The translations under genes were made by a program, and so were the position numbers. A stretch of 64,000 bases of DNA from an uncultured Bacteroidales bacterium (GTDB lineage Bacteria > Bacteroidota > Bacteroidia > Bacteroidales > VadinHA17), in NCBI GenBank assembly GCA_963717685.1, contig OY970346.1, forward strand, positions 1,183,695 to 1,247,694, given 5' to 3'. Below the pieces are notes generated by a model. It was not told the DNA's origin. It made no database searches and saw nothing but the letters and a program-made list of their open reading frames with translations. Positions 47,587-55,770 of the stretch are shown here, piece by piece. Every line of letters starts with the position of its first letter. The first letter of the stretch is position 1.

Positions 47587-48792
47587 TCACACTATTTTTT
47601 TCAATCTTAATTGATACAATACAAAAAGGGAAATAACTACAAAGCAAATTCCCAAAAATGTTTCTCCAAGCAACATAATCTTTATGCTATATGCATCATG
47701 CAGCCTGCCATCAAAAAAGGTCATATATGCATAAGGAATGTTACCAATTGAAGAAAGTAAAGCATACTTGGTGGAAGCCAAACCTTTACCAATTGAATGA
47801 AGGACAACGGCAGAGAAAGCAGCATTAGATAATCCAAATGTAAAAGCATATAATAAAACTCCGATTATATATGTTGTTGGTACATAAACAGAAAAACTCA
47901 TTACCAAAGTAACGAGTGCCATCAATGTTCCTGCCCCGAAATATAACCACCATCTGCCTAATCTATCGGCTATCCATCCACCTATTACACAACCTATCAC
48001 ACATATTACTCCACTGAGAGTTCCTGTGATTAAAGCAACTGTATCAGCATTCACCTTCCAATCAGTTGCTACAGATGACCACAAAAAAGAGGCAGCACCA
48101 ATACCAATTGGCATAATAATGACAGCCATAGTAAAAATAGCAACAGGTGAGCGGAATAAATCTCTGATATCAACCGTAATCATTTTAAATCTTTCTTTCA
48201 AGAGTCTATCCTTTTCTGCATAAACTTGTGGGACAAAATGCAGTGCTACCGAGCAGATAAGGATAGCAATGGATAAAATAATAATTGCGGCTTGATAAGA
48301 AAAATGACTTGAAAACCAAATGCCAGCGCCACCACCTATACCTATCCCACCTAAATTACCAGCCTGATACCATCCACCTGCTCTACCTTTCTTTTCTTCA
48401 GGTACTGTTTTAGCCATAAACCCACCAACAGGTGATACAATTAAAGTTGCGGCAATTTGAGATAGGAAAACTGTAATTGTCAATACTCCCATTGAACTAA
48501 TTTTCAGTGGTATGAAACAAAGCAATAATAAAGTTGAAGTGCAAAGACCTATTCCAATCAAATACCATTTATGAAGGCTCAGTGATAAATCTGTCATGGG
48601 TGCCCAAAGGAAACGCCAAATGTTTGCTGACAGTCCTAATGCAGTAATTGATGCTGCTGCTGCAACCGAAAATCCATGTTGTGTTAATAGAAATGGTAGT
48701 GTGACAGAGACAAAGCCACCACTAACGCCATAAGGTAATACAAGAAAAAGAAAAGTAAATGGATTTGCAGTATTTCTTTTAAATGTCATCAT
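47587..48792 (-). CDS. MFS transporter (about 12 TM)
   Basis: Hydrophobic throughout, with an MFS-like loop (DRLGRW). Possibly AmpG-like, but unverified. Confidence 0.75.
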   Translation of the reverse strand: MMTFKRNTANPFTFLFLVLPYGVSGGFVSVTLPFLLTQHGFSVAAAASITALGLSANIWRFLWAPMTDLSLSLHKWYLIGIGLCTSTLLLLCFIPLKISSMGVLTITVFLSQIAATLIVSPVGGFMAKTVPEEKKGRAGGWYQAGNLGGIGIGGGAGIWFSSHFSYQAAIIILSIAILICSVALHFVPQVYAEKDRLLKERFKMITVDIRDLFRSPVAIFTMAVIIMPIGIGAASFLWSSVATDWKVNADTVALITGTLSGVICVIGCVIGGWIADRLGRWWLYFGAGTLMALVTLVMSFSVYVPTTYIIGVLLYAFTFGLSNAAFSAVVLHSIGKGLASTKYALLSSIGNIPYAYMTFFDGRLHDAYSIKIMLLGETFLGICFVVISLFVLYQLRLKKIV

Positions 48793-49163
48793 GACAGATT
48801 GCAGTTACGGGATGGTTATTTCATTAAGCGTTGTTTTAGAATTAGGACACTCTTTGACAGATTATAACAGTCGATTTTCATTATTGCATGAATCATGCTT
48901 TTTTATATTCCTTTTCTTTATAATTAATTTTAGGTGTGGTATGTAATCAAATTTACATCTTTATTTTAAATCATTAAACGGACTCTTTTTATCATAGCAG
49001 AAATTCCGTATCAATATACTATAGTGCTGTAAAGATTTATTTTTCGACAGAATCAATATCATTTTAAAAAGATTTATTTGACTTTGCCTTTTAACTGGAG
49101 TAACTTGCTTCATATTTCTGAATTACAGGTATTTATTTTATCTATTAACCAAATCTCAATCAA

Positions 49164-49661
49164 ATGAAAAAAATTTGTTTAACAATTTCAATTGCTGTAT
49201 TCCTATTATTCTTATTAAACGGAATACAGGCACAAACAAGGCAACCAAAACTTAATCAGGTTGAACTTATGAAGCAATTCATTGGTAACTGGAAGGTTGA
49301 CATGGCAAAAGATACTGTTCTTTATTGGGATGCAAAAGCATTTGGGACAGGATTTGAAAGTTATTTTAAGACAGTTGTAAAAGACAAAATAATTTCAGAA
49401 GGGAAACAACTTTTCGGGTATGATAGTAAACTTGATAAATGTGTTGCCGCTACTATATTTAAGGGGATGGATATTGAGATATGGGCATTGTGGTTTACAT
49501 CAAATAATAAATATGTTATCACCTATTATAGTGATATTTCAAATCCTGACAAGTCATCCTTTAAAATAGATGGAGAATTTACCTCACCAAATTCTTATTC
49601 AGAAACCTTATTTATGAATGGGAAGGCTGTAATGAAATATAATTATGTAAGGGTTAAATAA
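49164..49661 (+). CDS. Secreted hypothetical protein, paralog of 27043-27543
   Basis: See 27043-27543. Confidence 0.6.
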   Translation: MKKICLTISIAVFLLFLLNGIQAQTRQPKLNQVELMKQFIGNWKVDMAKDTVLYWDAKAFGTGFESYFKTVVKDKIISEGKQLFGYDSKLDKCVAATIFKGMDIEIWALWFTSNNKYVITYYSDISNPDKSSFKIDGEFTSPNSYSETLFMNGKAVMKYNYVRVK

Positions 49662-49841
49662 TCAGTTTAAATAAATCAATGTGCTTTGAAAGATATTATT
49701 TTGGGGCATTTTGTTTTTATAAAGTATTAATATACTGATACCTGACTATATTTTTACCAAATCAGATATTATTGGATGTTGCTCTTGTAGGGGAGGAGTA
49801 TTACAAACTTATTTTTTAGGTCAAAAACACCCCATTTTTCT

Positions 49842-49932
49842 CCAAAACCTGGCGTAAACCTGGCGTGAAATAAAAAACCACTTACGAAAAAAACTTGTAA
49901 GTGGTTGATATTCAAGAGTGGGCCCAATTGGG
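49842..49932 (-). repeat. att-like unit iv (inverted relative to units i-iii)
   Basis: The reverse complement reads caattgggcccactcttgaatatcaaccacttacaag..gtaagtggttttttatttcacgccaggtttacgccaggttttgg. Confidence 0.7.
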
Positions 49933-49965
49933 AATTAATCTACTCCCAAGATATATAAGTACTAT

Positions 49966-50222
49966 AGTGTCAATTACCACCAACCTTTGTTTAAATTTAA
50001 ACGAATTGAAATAAAATCCATCCAACATCCGTCAAAAACCTGGCAACAAGTCAAAACCACTTATAAGGGTTGTCATTTAATTTTTAAGATATAATATCAC
50101 CAGATGTCACCAGGTTGATTCTGGTTGCTTCTGGGGTAGTTTCTAAGGATGGGAAGGGGAGATGCTTGGCAAAAGATAATCTGTCACAAGAACTCTTAAA
50201 ACATAGTAGAAATAATGAATAA
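49966..50222 (+). repeat. Repeat C, copy C7 (abuts M22)
   Basis: Full head and body. Confidence 0.7.
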
Positions 50223-50338
50223 TGTAAAATCCGTCCTTCCTTGACCACCTGAGAATCCGGTCATCCTTCACAGAACATACATCATAAACAACAATTTTTT
50301 AACTCCGGATTTGGGTGGTCAATTTGTCCGTTTTTCCA
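50223..50338 (+). mobile_element. MITE, short right arm (M22)
   Basis: TGTAAAATCCGTCCTTCCTTGACCACCTGAGAATCCGGTCA .. TGGGTGGTCAATTTGTCCGTTTTTCCA. Confidence 0.7.
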
Positions 50339-50372
50339 TCTATATTTGATTATATTGTATTGATGATCAAAG

Positions 50373-52523
50373 TCAGACCTTTAATCCAACGATTAAAACA
50401 TCATCAGTCTGTTCAATAGTATTTTTCCAGCTAAAAAATGCTGATTCAAGACTCTTTTTTTGTTCATTCATCGTCTTGCCGGCAATTGATATTAATAAAT
50501 CCTGAAAAGGTTTATATTTAAATTTCTTACAAAATTCACCACCGAATTGATCAGCAAATCCATCTGAGAAGAGATAGAGATTATCTCCTTTAATAAGTTG
50601 AAATTCATTTAAATTAAACTTATCCATCTTTTCATAAATAGAAATTGGCATTTTATCAGCTTTAATTTCAATCAAATTGTCATTTCTAATGATATAGAGT
50701 GGATTATTAGCTCCGGAAAACTGAAGAAAATTGTTATTTAAATTAATGCTTATTAATGCTATATCCATACCATCTTTTTGTTCTCCCGCTCTGCCCTCCT
50801 GTTTTAAGGTAGTCATGATCTCTTTTCTCAATTTTCTTAGAATAACATCAGGTTGAATAATATATTCTTTGTTAACAATTTCTCGTAAAAACGAAACGCC
50901 AAGCATACTCATAAATGCACCAGGAACCCCGTGTCCGGTACAATCAGCAACAGCTACTATCAGTGAATCCTCAATGTCCGCCCACCAATAAAAATCACCG
51001 CTTACCCTGTCTCTTGGTTGCAACATAATGAAATGATCCGAAAGATATTTGTCAAGAAGCGATTCATCAGGGAAAATTGATGACTGTATCCGTTTTGCAT
51101 AATCTATACTTTGAGAAACCTCGTGGTGGATCATCTCAATATGTTCCTTTTGTTGCTGGAGAATCACTTTCTTATCTTCAATCTCCTTTTTCTGCGCTGC
51201 AAGAAGTATATTGGATTTTTTCTTTATATAATAGCTTCTGATAACAAAAGATAAACCGAAAATCAACAGAATAATTCCTCCGACTGCAAAATTCCTTACA
51301 AGTTTCTGCTGTCTAATCTCTGTTTTCACCTTTTCATCTTTCTGCTTCTGAATTAATTCCTGTGCCTTTAATTCGGATGAAAACTCGTTTTTCATTTCGA
51401 CCTGGATAATTTTTTGTTTGTTTTCATCTATATTCAGGCTATCTGAGTACGCATTAAATATTCTGTAATATTTGAAAGCCGATTGGAAATCTCCAAGACC
51501 CTCATATGCGTTCGTAAGGTTTTCAGCAGCATTCTTGAGCATCTCCTTAGATCTTTCTTGTTTTGCTATCTGGTAACTTTCCTCACTATATTTAAGAGAC
51601 TTGTTGAATTGTTTCAATTTATTATAAGTAGCCCCGATATTGCTGAAATAACACGAAATACCTTCCTTAAAACCCACTCGTTTCGCAGCAACTACAGCTT
51701 TTAAATAATATTCCAAAGCCTTCTGATAATTACTCTGTTGAAAATAAACTTCCCCGATATTATTGTAACATTCCCCAAGCATTTCAATATTATTGATACT
51801 GTCAAATATTTTTTCTGATTTGTGAAGATATTCAAGAGATTTTAGGTAATTTTTTAACGATGAATAAGTACCTGAAATTTCAAAAAAACACCTTGCGATT
51901 TCACCTTTACCAAATCTGATATCAAGTCTTTCTTTTCCAATAAGTTTTAGATAATCTAATGCTTTTAAATTATATTCAAGTTCTTTCTGGTGATCTCCGG
52001 TTATTGAGTAAATATTTGCAACATTCATTAATGATCGAACCAGACCAAAGGTATCAGATATCTCCTGAAACAAATTGAGTGACTTCAGGTAATTTTCCGT
52101 AGCTTCAGGGTAGAAATTTTGAGTGTAATAAACATTTCCTATGTCTACAAGGCCGTAAGCTTCATCTCGTTTATCTCCGCTTTCACGAGATAATACCAAT
52201 TGCTTGTTGTACGCTGATATTGCAGCCGCATACATCTTAAAATCTAGATATGCACCACCCATATAATAATACATCATTCTAAGGCTCTTCTTATCTTTGT
52301 CCCCGATTATCCTGAACATTCTATCAATGAATGCATTAGCTGAATCCTCTGACAATCTTAGATATTCATGCAAAAGCTCGTAGACTATTGCTCCCTGGGC
52401 TTTTTTATCTTTTTCATTTCTAAATGCGATCTGGAGACTGTCAATAACAGAATGGCTCTGTGGAAAAACTGAGGCAGAGATTAAAATAAAATATAAAACC
52501 CCCAGAACCCTTTTCATATTCAT
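50373..52523 (-). CDS. TPR-repeat, single-TM, SpoIIE/PP2C-type protein phosphatase
   Basis: N-terminal signal, about 8 TPR-like repeats, the TM segment FAVGGIILLIFGLSFVI, and a PP2C core (GDFYWW..AVADCTGHGVPGAFMS..FSDGFADQFGG..TDDVLIVGLKV). Confidence 0.85.
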   Translation of the reverse strand: MNMKRVLGVLYFILISASVFPQSHSVIDSLQIAFRNEKDKKAQGAIVYELLHEYLRLSEDSANAFIDRMFRIIGDKDKKSLRMMYYYMGGAYLDFKMYAAAISAYNKQLVLSRESGDKRDEAYGLVDIGNVYYTQNFYPEATENYLKSLNLFQEISDTFGLVRSLMNVANIYSITGDHQKELEYNLKALDYLKLIGKERLDIRFGKGEIARCFFEISGTYSSLKNYLKSLEYLHKSEKIFDSINNIEMLGECYNNIGEVYFQQSNYQKALEYYLKAVVAAKRVGFKEGISCYFSNIGATYNKLKQFNKSLKYSEESYQIAKQERSKEMLKNAAENLTNAYEGLGDFQSAFKYYRIFNAYSDSLNIDENKQKIIQVEMKNEFSSELKAQELIQKQKDEKVKTEIRQQKLVRNFAVGGIILLIFGLSFVIRSYYIKKKSNILLAAQKKEIEDKKVILQQQKEHIEMIHHEVSQSIDYAKRIQSSIFPDESLLDKYLSDHFIMLQPRDRVSGDFYWWADIEDSLIVAVADCTGHGVPGAFMSMLGVSFLREIVNKEYIIQPDVILRKLRKEIMTTLKQEGRAGEQKDGMDIALISINLNNNFLQFSGANNPLYIIRNDNLIEIKADKMPISIYEKMDKFNLNEFQLIKGDNLYLFSDGFADQFGGEFCKKFKYKPFQDLLISIAGKTMNEQKKSLESAFFSWKNTIEQTDDVLIVGLKV

Positions 52524-52669
52524 ATAATAATAAAAATACTAAACCCCGAACTATAATATTTGTTACAATTACTATCGGGTCAAAATTTATAGTTAATATT
52601 CTCTTTTACACGGGAGTAGTGCAAATGAGATGAGAACAAATAAGAAGGTTTTTATTAGCTGTAAGTCAA

Positions 52670-52849
52670 TTATTGATTTTTGTCAATTTTATATATATAA
52701 ATTGCCAAAAGCACAGCAAAGATAGCTGTTGTAAAGCCTGAAGCAACAAGCATTATAGTTCCTCCAGGCCATTGCATCCTTTTAAATAAGGAGCCAAGAA
52801 TTATCAGGTCCGCACTTACTGCACCAAAAATGTAAACAGCTTTTTTCAT
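52670..52849 (-). CDS. Small two-TM membrane protein (59 aa, below the track cutoff)
   Basis: Own translation is MKKAVYIFGAVSADLIILGSLFKRMQWPGGTIMLVASGFTTAIFAVLLAIYIYKIDKNQ. The K-x-MQWPGG motif resembles the HWPG motif of small Bacteroidota membrane proteins. Confidence 0.45.
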   Translation of the reverse strand: MKKAVYIFGAVSADLIILGSLFKRMQWPGGTIMLVASGFTTAIFAVLLAIYIYKIDKNQ

Positions 52850-53086
52850 AATGGTAAGATTTAAAATATTAAAACTATAATAAAACTCGAAGTCTCTTTC
52901 AAATTCTATTAATTGAATAAATGAACCCTGAAATTATTTTACTTCAAATGATTAATTCTAAGTAATGTAAATATAATAGTTTTCTGTTTAATTAAAAGGC
53001 ATTTAAGTCTATTTGTTGAAAGATTCAATAGAGAAAGAATTTCCCTTTAAAGTTTTAAGGGATTAACATAACTTTCTTCCAAAAGT

Positions 53087-53205
53087 CCAAAACCTGGCGT
53101 AAACCTGGCGTGAAATAAAAAACCACCTACAAAAAAAACTTGTAAGTGGTTGATTTTCAAGAGTGGGCCCAGCTGGGATCGAACCAGCGACCCCCTGATT
53201 ATGAG
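53087..53205 (-). repeat. att-like unit v: longest tRNA fragment (anticodon loop to 3' end), hairpin, and 2x ACGCCAGGTTT
   Basis: See the tRNA fragment feature. Immediately left of the integrase. Confidence 0.75.
53164..53205 (-). other. 3' fragment of a tRNA (CAT anticodon loop, T arm, acceptor 3' strand), not an intact gene; candidate att core
   Basis: The minus strand reads ctcataa-tcagg-gggtc-gctgg-ttcgatc-ccagc-tgggccc-a. Upstream there is no matching 5' acceptor strand or D arm. Confidence 0.75.
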
Positions 53206-53306
53206 TGAGATATAACCCTGATTTTCTGATTGTACCGGTTTTCATGGGTATTCATTATCATTCATTTACGATTTTTCGATTTTATTGTTTTTCACTGGTT
53301 TTCATA

Positions 53307-53329
53307 AAACCTGGCGGAAAACCTAGCCG
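53307..53329. promoter_or_regulatory. Tandem AAACCTGGCG-like motifs between the att core and the integrase gene (candidate arm-type sites)
   Basis: aaaacctggcggaaaacctagccg. The same motif pair, in the same orientation, lies at 53089-53112 on the other side of the tRNA fragment. Confidence 0.35.
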
Positions 53330-53351
53330 ATTTTTCTATCCACTTTTTTCT

Positions 53352-54560
53352 TTAAAGAATTGCTTCATTAATACCAAAAGTACTGTCTGGATCAAGCCCG
53401 GCTAAATAGTGTTCAGTAATCACAACATTGCTGTGGCCTAACATGTGACTAATATCTTCGGTTGGAATCTTCTTTCGGCGAAGTGTATTGGCATAGCAAT
53501 CACGGGCCGATCCTAAATTGAGTGGTTGAGATAATTTAAGCTGGTCTCCTATATCTTTCAACTTCCGATTTATTTGTTGCCTGATTTTATGATTCCTGTT
53601 TTTAAAGGACATCTCATCATAACCTTCTTTAATTAATCCCAATAAATATGGACTATTTTGATCTCCGACATGGGCAATTGAGTCCTTGATCTTATCGGTC
53701 AAAGGAACAATAATCTGTTTTTTATTATTTCGTCTTGTCGATTCAGTCTTCTTGCGAGTAAAGAAAATATAATCCCCGTCTATCTGGCTCCATTTCATTC
53801 GAAGTAAATCTGCAAAGTTTGCTCCATTACAGCGATATAGCATAACCCAAACATCCCTGGCAAATTCATGCTCCCTGGTCTTGAACTCCTTTAAATCAAT
53901 TACAGATTGGATCTCTGACTCTTTAAGCACCTGTGTGGAGGGGAAATAACCTGATACTGAAAATCCCCCTGGCCCGAAGGGATATTCATATTCTTTTGGA
54001 ATTACCTTAACATAATGGGTGAAGTAGTTGATAATAGTCCTCAGATTTCTCATGTGGTGATCAACGGTTGCCTGAGAATGTCCCAAATCAATTTCTTTCT
54101 TTTCAAACTTCTTGAGGAAACTTACAGTGACATCTCCGACAGTAGCCCCGGACTTGAAATTCTCAAACCTGTTTTTAGTGTACCTTATTGAGGCAATGGT
54201 TGTGGGCTTGATATTCTCTTTATTTTGGATATAATAATCAAAAAACTCAGATAGGAGCAGGGACTTTGGTTTATCGTTCTCTGTTTCCCAGAAGAGTTTT
54301 CTAAAAGTCTCTTTATTAAATGGTTTCAGTTCAGAAAAGATCCTCTCGCATTTTGAGATATAGCCGTTGCATGTATCCAGAAACTTCCTACTCTCCTCGT
54401 CTTTAGCTTTACTGTTGAACAGTCTGTCATACTGACTTTCTGATATTTTCTGAAGGTTGATATACATTACATCGTTCCCATTTACCATACGAACTGCAAG
54501 ATTGTATTTACTGTCCTTCAGCTTACTTCGCTTGTCCAAGACAATGTTGAATGTAGCCAT
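53352..54560 (-). CDS. Tyrosine site-specific integrase (Bacteroidetes type)
   Basis: C-terminal catalytic region: ..ANFADLLRMKW.., ARDCYANTL, and HMLGHSNVVITEHYL with the catalytic Tyr. It is adjacent to the tRNA fragment. Confidence 0.9.
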   Translation of the reverse strand: MATFNIVLDKRSKLKDSKYNLAVRMVNGNDVMYINLQKISESQYDRLFNSKAKDEESRKFLDTCNGYISKCERIFSELKPFNKETFRKLFWETENDKPKSLLLSEFFDYYIQNKENIKPTTIASIRYTKNRFENFKSGATVGDVTVSFLKKFEKKEIDLGHSQATVDHHMRNLRTIINYFTHYVKVIPKEYEYPFGPGGFSVSGYFPSTQVLKESEIQSVIDLKEFKTREHEFARDVWVMLYRCNGANFADLLRMKWSQIDGDYIFFTRKKTESTRRNNKKQIIVPLTDKIKDSIAHVGDQNSPYLLGLIKEGYDEMSFKNRNHKIRQQINRKLKDIGDQLKLSQPLNLGSARDCYANTLRRKKIPTEDISHMLGHSNVVITEHYLAGLDPDSTFGINEAIL

Positions 54561-54572
54561 GTCTGTTTAAAT

Positions 54573-54785
54573 TTAAACTTTTGGTAGCTGAGGAAGTTTT
54601 TCTTCCATAACTCCACCGCTAATCACCCAAGAGTCAATCTGACTTCTTTCGAACAGGGTTCTTGTTCCAAGCTTGATATGAGGGATAGCGTTTTTCATTA
54701 CTTTTTTGTAGACAAAACTCTCAGACACATCAATGTAATCACACAGATCCTTCACATTCAGAAATCTCTTTTCTTCAATTAACAT
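54573..54785 (-). CDS. Excisionase-family helix-turn-helix protein (HTH_17/AlpA-like)
   Basis: FLNVKDLCDYIDVSESFVYKKVMKNAIPHIKLGTRTLFERSQIDSWV. 70 aa, 12 nt upstream of the integrase. Confidence 0.8.
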   Translation of the reverse strand: MLIEEKRFLNVKDLCDYIDVSESFVYKKVMKNAIPHIKLGTRTLFERSQIDSWVISGGVMEEKLPQLPKV

Positions 54786-54973
54786 CTAATTTTGGATTCT
54801 TTTTTGACCCGCAATAATCACAGGTTATTATCCATTATATTAAGATGTCAAATATTTGTTTGAATTATTTTTTACTTTTTTTTGTTTTTTCTGGTTTTTT
54901 CCACTTTTCTGTCTGCAAATTTTAATATATATAGTATATGATTTAATTTCTTCATATCGTTTCTAAACTATTA

Positions 54974-55009
54974 AGAACTTCATTTTCTACAAGATGAAGT
55001 TCTTTTTTT
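54974..55009. terminator. 10-bp-stem hairpin with a T6 tail on the plus strand, 3' of the minus-strand cargo genes
   Basis: agaacttcat-tttctacaag-atgaagttct-tttttt. The U-tract is on the plus strand only, so its function for the minus-strand genes is uncertain. Confidence 0.4.
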
Positions 55010-55064
55010 GCTGTCTAAGCAACCTTGAATGATAAATTATAGGAGAAGATGTAAAAGGTAATTA

Positions 55065-55391
55065 TTATACCCCGAAGAGTTCTCTTATCTTCTTAAGTTC
55101 ATCAAATTGCTTTTGGGGTGCATTTGTGTTTTTTAATCTTTCTAATTCATTTTCAAGCTCTGAAATGAACTTGGACGGATAGAATAGGTCTAATAGATCT
55201 ACCTTTTGACTGGCCACCATAGCGTTTTCCATAGTTGAATCCTTGCAAAGAATAAAAATTGTCATAGGGTTCTCTGAAAAATCGTAGATGATGATGTTGT
55301 AATACTTCATCCCTTCGTCCAATGAGTTTATATCCCATTGAAGCTGATCCACCATCTTTTGAAGTCGTTCTATTCTTTGCTTTATTGTCAT
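55065..55391 (-). CDS. Hypothetical protein (108 aa, coiled-coil ends)
   Basis: The ORF is tightly spaced, 13 nt after the ClpS-like gene. No family recognised. Confidence 0.5.
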   Translation of the reverse strand: MTIKQRIERLQKMVDQLQWDINSLDEGMKYYNIIIYDFSENPMTIFILCKDSTMENAMVASQKVDLLDLFYPSKFISELENELERLKNTNAPQKQFDELKKIRELFGV

Positions 55392-55404
55392 ATATATCAG
55401 TTAT

Positions 55405-55698
55405 TTAGTTTAAATAAGAACTAATTCTGACAATTGTTGTTTTTAATTGAAATTTGCTCAACTCATGTCTTAAAAGGTTCAAATCATGAAAAGTCCCGTA
55501 TCGTATTATTGCATTTTGCTTATCAGCCATCTTCATAATCCTTACAGAATTTTCGTAAGACCAACCATTTTGGTACAATGCCATGACAACGTCGATAGCT
55601 TTGTTAGGGCCATCCCATAAAAGAAGAAAACAACTTTCACCTTCAGTGTACTGATTCTTATAAGTCTCTTTCTTTTTATGGCTATCGTTGTTCAGCAT
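55405..55698 (-). CDS. ClpS-like (N-recognin adaptor fold) protein
   Basis: CFLLLWDGPNKAIDVVMALYQNGWSYENSVRIMKMADKQNAIIRYGTF aligns by eye with the E. coli ClpS core ([47 protein letters not shown]). Confidence 0.6.
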   Translation of the reverse strand: MLNNDSHKKKETYKNQYTEGESCFLLLWDGPNKAIDVVMALYQNGWSYENSVRIMKMADKQNAIIRYGTFHDLNLLRHELSKFQLKTTIVRISSYLN

Positions 55699-55770
55699 AT
55701 CAAATTAATTTACATTAAAAAGGTACTTCTAAGTATTAAAGGTTATCATTCAAGATATCATGATAATCAG

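Noticed and set aside
53164-53240. Possible intact tRNA-Met/Ile2 (CAT) gene next to the integrase
   Set aside because: Only the anticodon loop through the 3' end can be folded. The upstream sequence (..aatcagggttatatctca) has no 5' acceptor strand complementary to TGGGCCC and no D arm. No intact tRNA or rRNA gene was found anywhere in the window.
53063-53245. 60-aa ORF containing ..GVAGSIPAGPT..
   Set aside because: This is the translation of the tRNA T-arm/acceptor fragment and the adjacent hairpin, a classic tRNA shadow ORF.
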